Source: Patellaria atrata CBS 101060
Taxonomy: Eukaryota
Direction: 5' to 3'
NCBI GenBank assembly: GCA_010093705.1
Contig: MU006098.1
Location: 169,981 to 233,980, forward strand
DNA: 64,000 bases
Within the stretch, counting starts at the first letter, position 1. Every line of letters begins with the position of its first letter. Of this stretch, positions 12,935 through 25,238 are shown one piece after another. The translations under genes and the position numbers were made by a program. Below the pieces are notes generated by a model. That model had not been told where the DNA came from. It saw only the letters and a program-made list of their open reading frames with translations, and made no database searches.

Positions 12935-14461
12935 AATACATTCCCTCTATGGCATATAGTTGGAAGTCTACAAAGCTGGTAAAGTAAATTCACCCAAATA
13001 GTAAAATCATCATACCCGCTCTGTTTGCGTGTTGTGCTCAATGAATACTCCTTTAGTTAGATCCTTCCAGCTTATTGTAGATCACTTCTTTGGAACAATC
13101 TCTAAAACTTTTTCGAAACTGATGCTGTCCTACACCAGATCACAGTTATCTTCAAAATAATATTTCCCGAATTACGGAACCCACTAGAAAATGAATCATT
13201 AACCTCACCATGGTATCCTTTCCCACCAGTTTCTCACATACTCTCATTGGCATCAAGCTCCTGTTCCCGCGCTACGACAAGCTGCAACTTGGTTCATTTT
13301 TGCGATTTCTTAAACCGTATACAGCTTGGAAGAGGGTTTCGACCGAGATGTGGATGACGAACTGATGAAGAAGTTTTGAAGGATGAGAATAGAGTGAAAA
13401 AAGGTGAAATATAACGGAGAAATACTTGAATGGTATTAAGAATGAATTCCCGAGATAGATTTGACCGGGGGAATTGTTGAACCTTGAGGTCCTCTTTCAG
13501 GAATGAAGCAATGAAGAGCCATGGAAACTTGCCCTAACAATGCACCTTGCGATTTCCGAAGACTTTTCTGACTTCTTGTAATTGTAAAAGGACTCAACTC
13601 CCTATTTTTGGAAAGTAGCCTGATTGAAGGGAATGAATGGTAAACCCAGGGCTACTTGATTTCCCTTGGCGCCATCGTCCACCTTCGAGAAAATATCACA
13701 ATGTTGCGATATGGTTCTATGTTGGTCTATCAAAGTCAGACGTCGAGTAGTTAAGAAGCGGTGAACATCTACCTTGAGGAAGTAGGGATTACTAATTGAC
13801 ACGTCGACTTTGTGTGTAGTTCTACGTGCAGATCCTGATACATCACACCTCGACCGCGCCGACGGACACCCGGAAATATGAACGTCGGTGAAGGACCTCC
13901 GCTGACGGGATGAGGAATTGTATGATGATGTGGGCTGATTTAATATTTCTTTGAAGATACTTGGTCGTGGAATTACCTGCAGAATGGCAACCCCAGTGCT
14001 GACTGCTTCTAAAAGATATTGATGCAGGCCTCTCCTGTTCATTGATCTTGCATATCGTCCAGTGGAGCAATGCGATTGCTTTTACTTCCAGTGCAGATCG
14101 TACCTATGATTTCTTCCTTTGATGTTGGTATCAGGACACGAATATGGAATCGACGCCGAACTCCGCACAACAAGGGCTGGAATCTTACGACGTCGACTGT
14201 ACATGCCGTACAACTTGGAAGTAAACGCTGTTGTCAGAATAGACGAGTGCTGTACAAGTCAACATACAGTCAAACCTAGGGATTTCGCGATTCCGGGTCA
14301 GGTCGTAAATCACGAGCTGTGCTTGGGAGATATCAATGTGGGCCGTACAGGACCAACGTACCACTCTACCACCTGTAGTAGTATGCATTGCTAAAAAAAA
14401 TCTACGATTTCCATGGGTATCACGCTCTATGTATATACATATTCGTACGGTTTTGTTAATT

Positions 14462-15214
14462 TCATCGCTCCCTGTCTACTTCCGACCTCGCTCTCAGCAT
14501 TCTTCTCCCCAATCTCCACAGCATCCTGAAACCCCCGGCAATACTGTTCGCAATACTTCGCGCAATCTCCAACTCCTCGAGGCGAAGCGCGACAATACGG
14601 TCGTAGCCACTTTGCTGAACGACCGTCTCCTCTGACTCCTCCGACTCCTTGTCTTCTTCAGTCAACGACGGACTTGGAAGCGCGCGTGCACTTCCCACCA
14701 TCTGACCTCTACTTTCTCTCCTCTCCTCCCCCCTCTCTCCACCATCGTCCCTATCCGCGTTCTCGGCCTCCTCCCGTGTTTGAAACTTCATCCTCCTTCT
14801 CCTCCCTCCCGGCCCCCCTGTCCGTGCACCCCTCTCCCTACTCCTCCCCTCCCTCCTGCTCTCGCCCCTCTCACTCCCCTCCTTACTCTCGCTTCTCAAG
14901 CCCTCAAGCACCAGTGTCCCCGGTACCAGCATATCCTCCTCTTCCACTTCCACGGTCACCCTCTCCGACGCCCGTCCACCCACGACCTGTCCGTCTCGCA
15001 CTTCTGTACCGGGCGTGTGCCTCTGCTCAAATGTGCTCCGACGGACCGGCCCGGCGCTCGTGGTCGCGATCGAGGTACGGCTGACGCTGCTCTCCGGGCC
15101 GTGGTCGTATTCTGAGTCCGAGTCCGGGTCTGAGCGGCGGAGAGCGAGGCCCGCAGTCGTGTAGCCGTGCTCGATGCGGTAGTAGCGGATTGGGGATGGT
15201 GTTTTGGGTACCAT
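14462..15214 (-). CDS. Hypothetical Arg/Glu/Gly-rich, low-complexity 250-aa protein
   Basis: Uninterrupted 250-codon ORF with a CA-rich leader and a TATAAT-like element about 240 bp upstream (~15455). No recognisable domain. Confidence 0.5.
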   Translation of the reverse strand: MVPKTPSPIRYYRIEHGYTTAGLALRRSDPDSDSEYDHGPESSVSRTSIATTSAGPVRRSTFEQRHTPGTEVRDGQVVGGRASERVTVEVEEEDMLVPGTLVLEGLRSESKEGSERGESRREGRSRERGARTGGPGGRRRRMKFQTREEAENADRDDGGERGEERRESRGQMVGSARALPSPSLTEEDKESEESEETVVQQSGYDRIVALRLEELEIARSIANSIAGGFRMLWRLGRRMLRARSEVDRER

Positions 15215-15503
15215 GATGGAGGGAAGTGATGGTTTTTGTGGTATTGGGTGAGTGAAGGATTTCTTTTTTTTTGTAGGTGTTTTGTTTGAGACTTTGAGGT
15301 GTTTGATTTGGGTTGTGATGGTGTGATATGAGGAAGAGCGAGGTGGGAATTTGTGGTGATTTGTGCGTTGGGTTTTTCATTGTGAGGGTATGAAGAAAAG
15401 ATGAGGAAGAGCGAGGGAGAATTTTATAGTGTGTGCGCGTTGGGGGTTTGACCATTATAGAGCCTCTTTTTGGAGAGAGCCGTGGTTTCCGTCGAAAGTT
15501 GTA

Positions 15504-15770
15504 TTTTGACAGCTCTATCTAAAGTTCGGTTCGCTGCTGCTGTGTCAGAGGGTCGAGCGGTGGTTCTTCTGGGTTAGGGAGTCGCGTTTACAGGTAAAGG
15601 AGATTGATTGTTTACGGTACCTTACTTATATCTTGTTCTCAGTGTTTTGACAGCTCCATCCCACGGTTCGCTGCTTCTATACCGGGGCTAGAGAGCAGAG
15701 AAGCTCCTGGATTAGGAAGTTGCGTTCAGGAGTAAGGTAGATTGATTGTTTACTATGTATTGTTTCTCAG
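15504..15770. repeat. Degenerate tandem direct repeat, two copies, period 141 bp
   Basis: TTTTGACAGCTC at 15504 and 15645. Both copies share GGTTCGCTGCT, CTGG(g/a)TTAGG(g/a)AGT and AGATTGATTGTTTAC. Confidence 0.75.
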
Positions 15771-17449
15771 TCAGTGTCTTCCCTCTTCTTCTTTTTCATC
15801 CAGAAATCTTTCGTTCTTCAATGTTCTATTTGAATTCGCCGTGCAGTATCTGAGATTCTTCTCATATTGTATGCTTTACCTACTGTCCATTGCTTTCTAT
15901 TTTCTCAGTCTTTCATACATGCTATGATGGGTCCTCTGAGCTCTCTACTCATAGAGGAAGCATTTCATTCGTTGAATCATCTTTGCAAAACCAGTTGTTG
16001 AACAACGATCTGTACCAGAACGAGTCATCATTACTCGACTATCCCTCGATAAACATGAAGCTTTCCGTCACACCGAATACCAATCTCTGGGCAATCTTTT
16101 GGAAAGCCAGTTGTTGAAACTGGAACTCATCCACCACTTTTTATATGTTCTTTCTCGATTTCTTATTTGGAGTACTGGCCATTTGCCCGTGTTGCACAGT
16201 ACTGTACAATCTGGTAAGATTATTCAAAGCAAGAACTTCGTAAGTCTAACCTATCTTATGCTTCATGGCACTGATCTGAGTTGCTGTATTTATTGAGGAA
16301 GACTTACTAATTCTGCTAGCTTGATAAACCATTCCACTTTCCTCAGAGACACCAACCCGTACATAGCAGTGTGCTCTTGTTCATCGCATATCAATTGTCA
16401 CCTGGTCCCCTGGAACAGAATCATGCCCCTCCGTCTGGACCTAGAGGGCTAGGCGGTTGCATGCACTTCACCGAGACATACCGTCCTTCATCCGACGATG
16501 CCAACTCTGGGGATACGACGAACGAGGAAAGGAACAATGAAACTCGTCGATGATTTGGGAGAGCATTGATGGTTCTGCAGCTTCTTAGCTAAGCATGTCG
16601 GCCACACATTCACACACGGCAGTTGAACTCTTCCACACACTGCTAGGTACGTGTTATCCTTCTAGTTAGGGAGAGTGTACTGATGTGATAGTTCTATTAA
16701 CGCCTGAACACGCCTGAAGGAGAATTCAACGCCTTCGTCCAACGGTCGATTACGCCCTTCGGCGAGCCGTCTGTAGGATAGGTTACTACGATCGAGCCTT
16801 GGCGTCGCATCCCCGCGAGACCTGTTCCTGCATCGAGGCGTGACGGTAGTGGACCTCTTTTAAAGTTCCAGTGACTTGTGCCAACTTGCATTGCTAGAGA
16901 GACCTGAACGAGACGCCGTAATTCGGCGCTTCCCCGCCCGGGGAATGAGAGATGGCAGGTAAGAGAGGAATTCTACATGGACTCTATCGTCGCGCACTCT
17001 CGTTCAACATATTCGTTGGCCAATTCCCCCTGGATCGCATAAATCTAGAGCACATCTACGATTACGCGGACAAATCCATCCTGATCTACGTTACTGGCCG
17101 TACTGGTACAGAAATCTCCTACCTATTCGATGTCATCTACTCTAGCGCTTGAGAAGACCAACGGACCTCTTCTCGGTGTAGATTGTGTCGGCGAGATTTA
17201 CCATTTCCTAGATACTCTCATGTTTCCTTGAATCATCATACACGCAAGAACCTTTTCTATTTCCTACATACCTCTTCAACTTAAACCTTGACCTAGTACT
17301 GTACAGCTCAAAATACACGATATCCTCAACGAGTACGACACCGTATCCTCCTTCACTTTCTTGGAGGATTGAGTACCTTTACGGGACTGTTCAGCAACTT
17401 CTGCAGAGCTACGAGCCCGGATATACCGATGTGCTCTTGTTCTCCACGA

Positions 17450-17620
17450 ACGAATTAACATATCACTATTGCGTGTCAGTAAGACAATACACAAGGAAGC
17501 AACATTCGAATTTCTCACTCGGGAACTCTTTTCGACTCACCGGGAAAGCTGGTGAAGCTGCCCCAGGTTTATTTCGAGACATTGGACCTGTTATATTATA
17601 TAGATGACTTCTAGGATATG
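17450..17620 (+). pseudogene. Relic of an F-box-like fungal hypothetical-protein family gene
   Basis: 'NISLLRVSKTIHKEATFEF' then, after a frameshift, 'GNSFRL...GLFRDIGP'. This resembles the LLRVSKxIxxEA...NxF...FLxxIGP pattern of many Pezizomycotina hypothetical proteins. Surrounded by stops. Confidence 0.4.
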
Positions 17621-20600
17621 GAGAGGGACCCATGTATCCCACTGAATCCATCTTTGACCGCCCACGCATGGAGAGAGACCGTGGCTATTGCAGGGAATAC
17701 TACTTTTTTTGAAGACGATTATGACGCTTTCAAGCACCATGATCCCGAGCTTCATTGAGGTTACAGGTTTGTGGTTTATTTTCATATCCAGTGGCTCTCG
17801 TTATACAGTGACAACAGGAAACAGTTCATGTACTGTGGCTTTTCCAACCATAACTATTCTAGAACCTCCACCTTCGACATAGACGTCAAATCTCGGTGGT
17901 TACGAGGAAGGGTTGGGATAGCGAACTGCGTCAGGTGCCAGAAGTACAATACAACTCACCTTCGGGAGTATCGGAAAGATCACTCTTCATCGGATAGGAG
18001 GGTCTTACTTTTGGAGTATCTACGGTACTCGATTCTTATGAGCATGATGATACTGCCAGGATCACAGACAGCGAAAGACATTCTTTGTGTATGAGGAAGT
18101 ACTATCTCATCATCAAGACTCACCTCGACACAATCGCAAACTCTGAAGATAGGGTTACGGCTCCTACCAACATATCATCGGTACATCCCCTTTCATAATA
18201 CACACACTCTAGCCGACAATTACATGGAAAAGAATAACTTAGGGGCCGTCACCTACTTGTCCGCTTAGTATGGTCGATCAACCGGATTCACAATTCGTAC
18301 TCACATGTCCCATACAAACGTCTCAAACAGTCGATAAACGTCGACTTGACGCTTCCGTTGGACCGTACAACAACGTACATTCGGCTGTACATGCTTCTGG
18401 AAGCTTTGGATAATTTGAATGGAAGAGATTAATCTCCAAGTTAACGTGCACGAAAAGACTGCCCGTCGGGTACCGTGAATCGTCTAGGCCACATCGTACT
18501 AGCACAACAAGCACTGATTTTCCTGGAAGAGGGGCTCGCAGAATACGCTTGATCCCATGAGAACTTGCTACCAAATCTGCAAGGAACTTTGCTGTTTCTC
18601 GCATATCTAATAGCTGGCATGTTACCAATCTAGCATTGTACATATCGACGCCGCCCGAGCTCTCGGACGGCCAAATTGGATAATAAATATCCGATTCCAA
18701 ACCTCGTCTCGGTATTGCTGAGCCGTACCCTTCGGGTTATTCATCACTCACACCTTCATCAGGTTTCTGCATGATAAGGACCTGCTGCTGAAGCTCTTTA
18801 CACAGAATACATCCCTGGACCACTCCGCGAGTGTGCCCAGACCTGTATCCGTATCGATTCCTGATGGCGGGAACGGAGGCCCAGAGAAATTACGAATTCG
18901 TAAGCTCGTAGGGAAGATGAGAATAGCACTGGATACGGTGGACGAAGCATGAGCAGTGGTTTCGATGAGGCTCACAGCCCAAGGTGGAGCCGAACCGAAC
19001 GCAGTACAACTTAATTGCGAACTGCATGTGATGACTTCGACTAAACTTTCAACTTCTGCCGCCATAAGAAGTTAGAAATAACCTTCTTTGCATTCTCCGT
19101 GCCAACTGTCTTCTTCACTGTAAAACGAACGTGACTGTACAACACTCACCTCAACGAGCAGTAACTTTCCCCACTGCTCTCTTCTCCAATCGGCGCCTCT
19201 TCCAGCGCTTGTAGACAAGACCTGAATACCAGTACAGCCACTGGAGCTTCGGACAGGTCGTTTCGCTCTCCTACTTTCATGCGAGCAGCTCCAAACAGAG
19301 TTGCTCGACACGATAGCTGGGAAGACGAAGAAGGTCCTGTACGTTTACATGGAGAAAACGCCAGATCAGCAATATGATCTTGTGTTTAAAGCCTTCTGGA
19401 AGCTTGTATAGTGCTTTCGAGTACAAGCGCTGCCCATGATGCGCATGAACAATTTCGATCAAAACACGACATAGCGTTGCTTTACTTTGACAAGCCGCAG
19501 GAAAGGGTAAGACTCCGGCAGCATTAAAGGGTACCACTCCGTAGCTGACTAAGTACGTATACTGCTACAGTATGTCGTATCGGTTTACTAAAGACGTACG
19601 GATACTATCATGTCCGGTATTAGGTACAGTACCTCCATATCTCATATCTGATATGATAGCATACTTGGGTAACCTGGTACCGGCCTCCTACATCTAAGAA
19701 CTCGATCACGAACATCAGCCATAAGTCTCAAGATGGTTCGTAAACTTCACTCGTTATGTGGATGATACTCATGGATCATGGCCTGTTTCGAGGCCTTATA
19801 GGTACATTACTCTCAATACCCAGCCATTACGAGTCTAACTCCTTTTAGTCCACATCGCCCTGGTTACACGTTCTAAAATTAAGACTGAATATGTTCCCAA
19901 ACGTGGACTTCACCCCTCGTCAATTTTCCTCTCGCGACCTCGGCAGCCAACCGTCGTCACTACGCTGCGAACCGACGACTATATATATTCGGCTGTAGGG
20001 AGTTATTAGCGTTCCTTGATATCGAGTCAACACAGGAACCGGCAAAATTTCCTGGATTCAAGTAGGGAGCTGTGATTTGGACACTCCTTTCTCAGTACGT
20101 TATCCTGCCGGAAGACGAAATGCTCCAGAAACTGGAGACTATCGCCGGAAACGTTTAAACCCCCCTGCCGACCCTCCTTGGTCTTCTTCTCGGCTACCCA
20201 ACTGCAGAAGGCGTTTAGGGAAACTGTCTATCAGACGCACTCACTTGGAGAAGATCTGTGTACTCTGACCCTTGTATCAACCGGAAGCATGTACACGTAT
20301 GATGTGAACCCATTTCCTTACGCATGGCTACGAGTTACCGGCATTTATCTTTCACGGGAATCTCAAACTAGGAGATGGGAGATCTCATGAATCGGCAAGA
20401 AAGGGGTACATCTATGTCAGTCTTTTGAGCTTTACCTTATGCCTGTCGGGTTAAGAGAGCGGCTGAGGGGGAAAGGGGAAAGGGGTTGTATTGTGGATTT
20501 AGGGGGAGTTGGAGTGTAGTATTGTACAGTAGAGTTCCAACATATATTCTCTTCTACGATGACGGCTATTGATATTAACTACCTGCCCTTTCATCCCGGT

Positions 20601-21318
20601 TAGCACTCCCCTGTCACTGCACTTGCTGTACTCGTACACTAATAATACTATGGCCCTACTTCCTCAGGTCCAGCGCACACGTAGAGTCAAACTCAGAAAA
20701 CCACACTTGGTGAGCGTATAGTACGCCGTGACACCGTGGGAAGCGAATTACTTTGCTCCGTGTATAAACGCCTTAGAAAAAGTCAATCGCAAGCTCTGCA
20801 ACTACTGTTTCTCATCGTCACTATCGTCACTAATCCTGGAGACGGGATGGTACAATTACATCCTCGCATATATCAAGAAGAGATAATCTGGCCGCGGAAT
20901 GTACATTGGAAATCTGGAAACGTCTTCTGTGGAGTGGATGTCGTGATCGCGGATCCGCAACAGATCGCAACGCTGTCACGCTTGACCCCTGCTAAATCCG
21001 TGCACTATCTTCTTATCCGATTCTACAAGTAGAGTGTAAGATCAGATATAAATAGCGTTATAGATTAGCTAGCACGAGAATATGGCATTGAGAGAAGTTG
21101 GGGATTGTGGAAAGAGGGAGAGAGCTTGGAGAAGAATGAAAGGCGTTGAAGGTAACAGGGAAAGATATTTAAGATTGCCGAGCGACATGACTAGTTATCT
21201 AATCCTAACCCAGTCCAGATGATTAACTACACTCTACGTAATCTTGAATTTCGTTCAATGTTCATAGGACATCAAGAAAATGAATGATACAGGAAGAAGG
21301 ACTAAACGCTCGATCCGA

Positions 21319-22889
21319 CTATGCGTTCGAAAGGGCTCTCTTCACTGCCCTCTCCGCCGCTCTTGAGCGACGTTCCATGGATGGGTGGAAAGCATCCTCT
21401 TGTAGTGCAACGACAAATGCACCTCTTTCGATCGTGTTAATGAGGATGAAGCCGCTCTTGAAGAAAGCATAGCTACCCCAGGTTCCAACGAAATCGATGA
21501 CACCACCGTTTGGCTCGCTATCATCTTCTGGGTAGATGTCAAAGAACGCAATTTCGCTAACGCTCTTGCCAGTCGGGTCATCAGGAATGCTGGTTACATC
21601 GAGAACTCTGAGACCGGCGCCGTAATTGCTCTGGTAACTGTATCCATCGATGACATATTGGTTGTGGTCGACTGAGTACGCTTTGGACTTGTAGTAACCA
21701 GTTTGAATAGGAGCAGACAAGTTCGCAATGTTCCAGATATAAGTAACCGGATGTCCGTCTGCAGCGGGTTCAACCCGATCGAACTCATCATACTCGTCAT
21801 CGAGAAGGAGCCATTCTTGGTGCTCTTTGTTGAGGAGCCACCCTTGATGAGTATAGGAAGCACCCTGGTAGCTGGTTCTTGAAATGACTTTAGAATTGCT
21901 CTTATCAGTGACGTCGTAGATCGTGAGACTGTCTTCGTTGTAGCCATAGCAGACCTCGCGGCCTTCGAATCGGGTATCTGGTCCGTGGTAGATCACGCAC
22001 TGAGCATCGTGAACATAACCATCCTGGGCGTCACAACCCGGTGATGTAGGGTTTGAGGGATCTGACACGTCAATGAAGATCAATCCTGACTTGCAAGCGC
22101 TGTCTCTAGGTTGAGCGCCCACTGCGTATGCGAAATCTGTCTCTTCGTTGACGACGATGTTGTGGGTGCGTCCGATGGGGAGACCCTTAAACCATCCTGT
22201 GACATCTGTAGTGGGATTGAATGTCTTTGGGTTGGCAGGATCGATGTCCAGGAGCTTGGTCAAGTCGAAGATTTGGACGTAGTGGTTGACTGCCTCACTG
22301 CCAATGATCATGTAGTTCTTGTAGCCACGGATCTCACGCCAGATCCTGGGCTCAACGCCCTGGGGCTGGGGAAGACGACCCAAGTAGACGATCTTTCCCT
22401 CCTTGCTGATTTCAACGAAAGCTGCGCCGTCGGCTTGACCAATGGCAACAATCTCACGTCCTTCTGGAGACGTCCAACCCCAGGTTGACGAGCCCTGACC
22501 AGTTCGGCTTCCTAACTCAGAGTGGGGCAGGAAGTGATACAGATCGGCCTTGTTACATCTGAAGGTTTGCATTGGGTCACCCTCGACTACGGTTGCTTTG
22601 CCATCTACGCAAGGTACGAAGGTATCAATTGCAGACCATTGTGCAGAGTTGTAAGCACCAGCAGCTTCTTGTCTGGCGAATGTGCTCTGAGAGGAATTCA
22701 ATGTCAGTTAATTGTCTTTATGTATGGTTAGGATTCGAGATGTAGCACCTCTTTCGCTGCCATAAGCTTTCGATGGACGACACCTGAATCGTATAGTCTA
22801 GCGGCCCGTTCGGCATCTACGGCCACCTCTCGGGAAGCAGCAAGGATCGGGAATGCAAGCCCAACGCTACTGAGGAACCGCATTTTCAT
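21319..22889 (-). CDS. Secreted choice-of-anchor-B / LVIVD-repeat-like protein
   Basis: Exon 1 (22889-22749) encodes a signal-peptide-like 'MKMRFLSSVGLAFPILAAS'. Intron 22748-22687 joins it in frame to ORF 21319-22686, which has 'GSSTWGWT..GRE', 'WREI', 'HNIV', 'GYVHDAQCVIYHGPD', 'YTHQGWL', 'LDDEYDE', 'DHNQYV', 'YQSNYGAGLRVLD' and 'FKSG..INTIERG.FVV'. Confidence 0.8.
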
Positions 22890-25238
22890 GGACTGCAGGT
22901 CAAGTTCTGCGAGGTTTCAAGGAATGAAAGAAGGGATAAAAAAAAGGCTGAAGAGTGAGTATAAGGCGGGTATATCTTGGTGAGACCTTGAGCATTATAT
23001 GTAAATCTTTGTGACGGGTGCAGCATTCTGTGTTCATCTATTTTCCCCACACGATACTACTTGAGATCCCACGGTGGTGTAGAAGGAATTCATCCGCTAT
23101 GCGCTTGGGAATGGTCTTACTATCTCCTTCCATATCCAATCGAGTGTCGGTGACGAAATGGCCGGATTACGTCTGCTCCTTGATGCTTGCTTGGTCATGC
23201 AGATATCTGCGATAACCGTTGGCGATCCGATTTGAATAAGGAAGCTGAATGGCAACTTGGTGGTGAAGCAGTGAAGGACAAGAAGAGCCGAAAGTGATGC
23301 TACATGGGAACCTCGTTCTTTCACGTCTTGGCTCGGTCTTGGACACCTAACGTTTCATTTATACGCACATGTCGCAGTAACACAGAGCCACACAACGTTC
23401 GGACGTTTATTGAACTCCAGGGATCTGTATGCCGCGCCTGATGGCGAATGCTTGATTCTGTCGTGATATAAGTATATGACAGCTGCCTTAAGTGGCAATA
23501 TTGCCTGATAGGTAATCCGGCCGAGGGTACATGCTCTCTAGAGTCCACCAACTATTAACCAGCATCCCAGAGGATATCATTTTCTATCTTTCTCTACCCG
23601 ATGCCGAATTTATTACGTCCTTAGCCGTTTGCCCCAGGGATGAACTTGACCCCAACGTGTGAATGACTCCGATACTGAACGACATCCATTTTCTCTCAAA
23701 AGCCGGAAGTATGGCAGACCTGCCCGTTCGAGAGCGGTCTTTAACCCTTGAATGATAGGACCTTGATGGTATTCTTATCGCAAGAAAGTCCCAGAATTGC
23801 GAAGTGGCGAAAATAATTTGTTTCTGTGAACCTGTTTGCTCTTCTCAAGTCCAGAGTCATCCATATCTTAGCCTGTGATACTATAGATGTTTGCCCAAAA
23901 GTTTGAATGAGATCACAGCCGAATACTCGTTTAACTCCACATCCAATTTAGTAGCCGTTTCTACTTCTTAGCGGTGCAGAGCCCTTGACAGGAGAAGCTT
24001 TGTACGCTCCTCGGACTTTCCATTGTTTCATGCTCTTGATCCTCCCGGGCGTTTGTTTAGAGCTCTTCGTAATACTGTCAACATTAGTCGAAAAGGGGTA
24101 AGGCTATCTCGGCTTCTTTATTCATATTTTTGTTCGCATGATGTTCATACGTCTGCAATCTGATGGAATATACATGCCGTTTTGACGTGAAGTGCTTCTG
24201 TATACGGTAGTATGAGCGTTTTAGAGACCCTACTTATCGCATTAAACGGTGTCGGTAGTACGAGCAAGTCACTACCATATTGTGTGGCCGATTGTGAACC
24301 TTGACTTTCGAAAGGTAGACTCTACCGCACACTGTGAGAGTACTTAAATAGTAGCAACGCAGGTGATGCCTTGAAATAGAGTAGTAGGAGCTTATATGAT
24401 AGAAATCGGGAGGACCGTGAGAGGATATAATGTTGTGCAACGTCTGTAAAGCGATTGAAAAGCTTCTTTTACCTGTTGCGATGCAGAATGACGAACAGTT
24501 TAGTAGTACATAGATCTCCCGATTGGGCTAACTTAAACTTCTTTCCCTAGTGTTCGCTTTTCGACTCAGTTTTGTCTAGAGAAGAAAGTATAAGTATAAT
24601 GCGCTACACAATTGAACTAGATGGGAATACTGGCTAGACACGCAAGAGTGATTCAAAAATATGTATAATTCGGTGCTAGAAAGACAGTGACAGTGCAAAG
24701 ATTTGGACTTGAGAAGTAAAGATGAGTGCGGACTTAAACATACAAGTGCAGATGAATAGTAAATGGAAGCATTGGAAACACTTCTAACTGTCGTACCACA
24801 TGACTGATTTTACTGTACACTAACACGAGGCCCCCGATTTTGCTGAACACATTATCAAGCTGGACCGGGGATTATAGTCTTCATGTATATGCACAGCAAC
24901 TGTAAATCAACCGAGGAAGGGGATGCGCGGCGCGACTCAGGTCAGTGAGCTTCGATACTAAAAGAAAGAACTGAAACATAAGTCTGCGTCTACTGATGGT
25001 TATAGATGACAGAAATTCTTGTGATTGACTCTTGATGAAATTCGAAGTCTTGTGATGATACTGTAGTAAGGTAAGCAAGAGAGAATAGAGTTCGTTGATC
25101 TCCTTAAAGGAGGGATCATCGCCTGCGAGTGAGCTTAGTGCGTCTAGTGGACCGTGCATAAATACATATCTCGTCCTCTGGTTCTAACCTTAAGATGAAA
25201 GAGGTTTGAGATGCTATTCCTCTGTATGGTTAAGCAAA

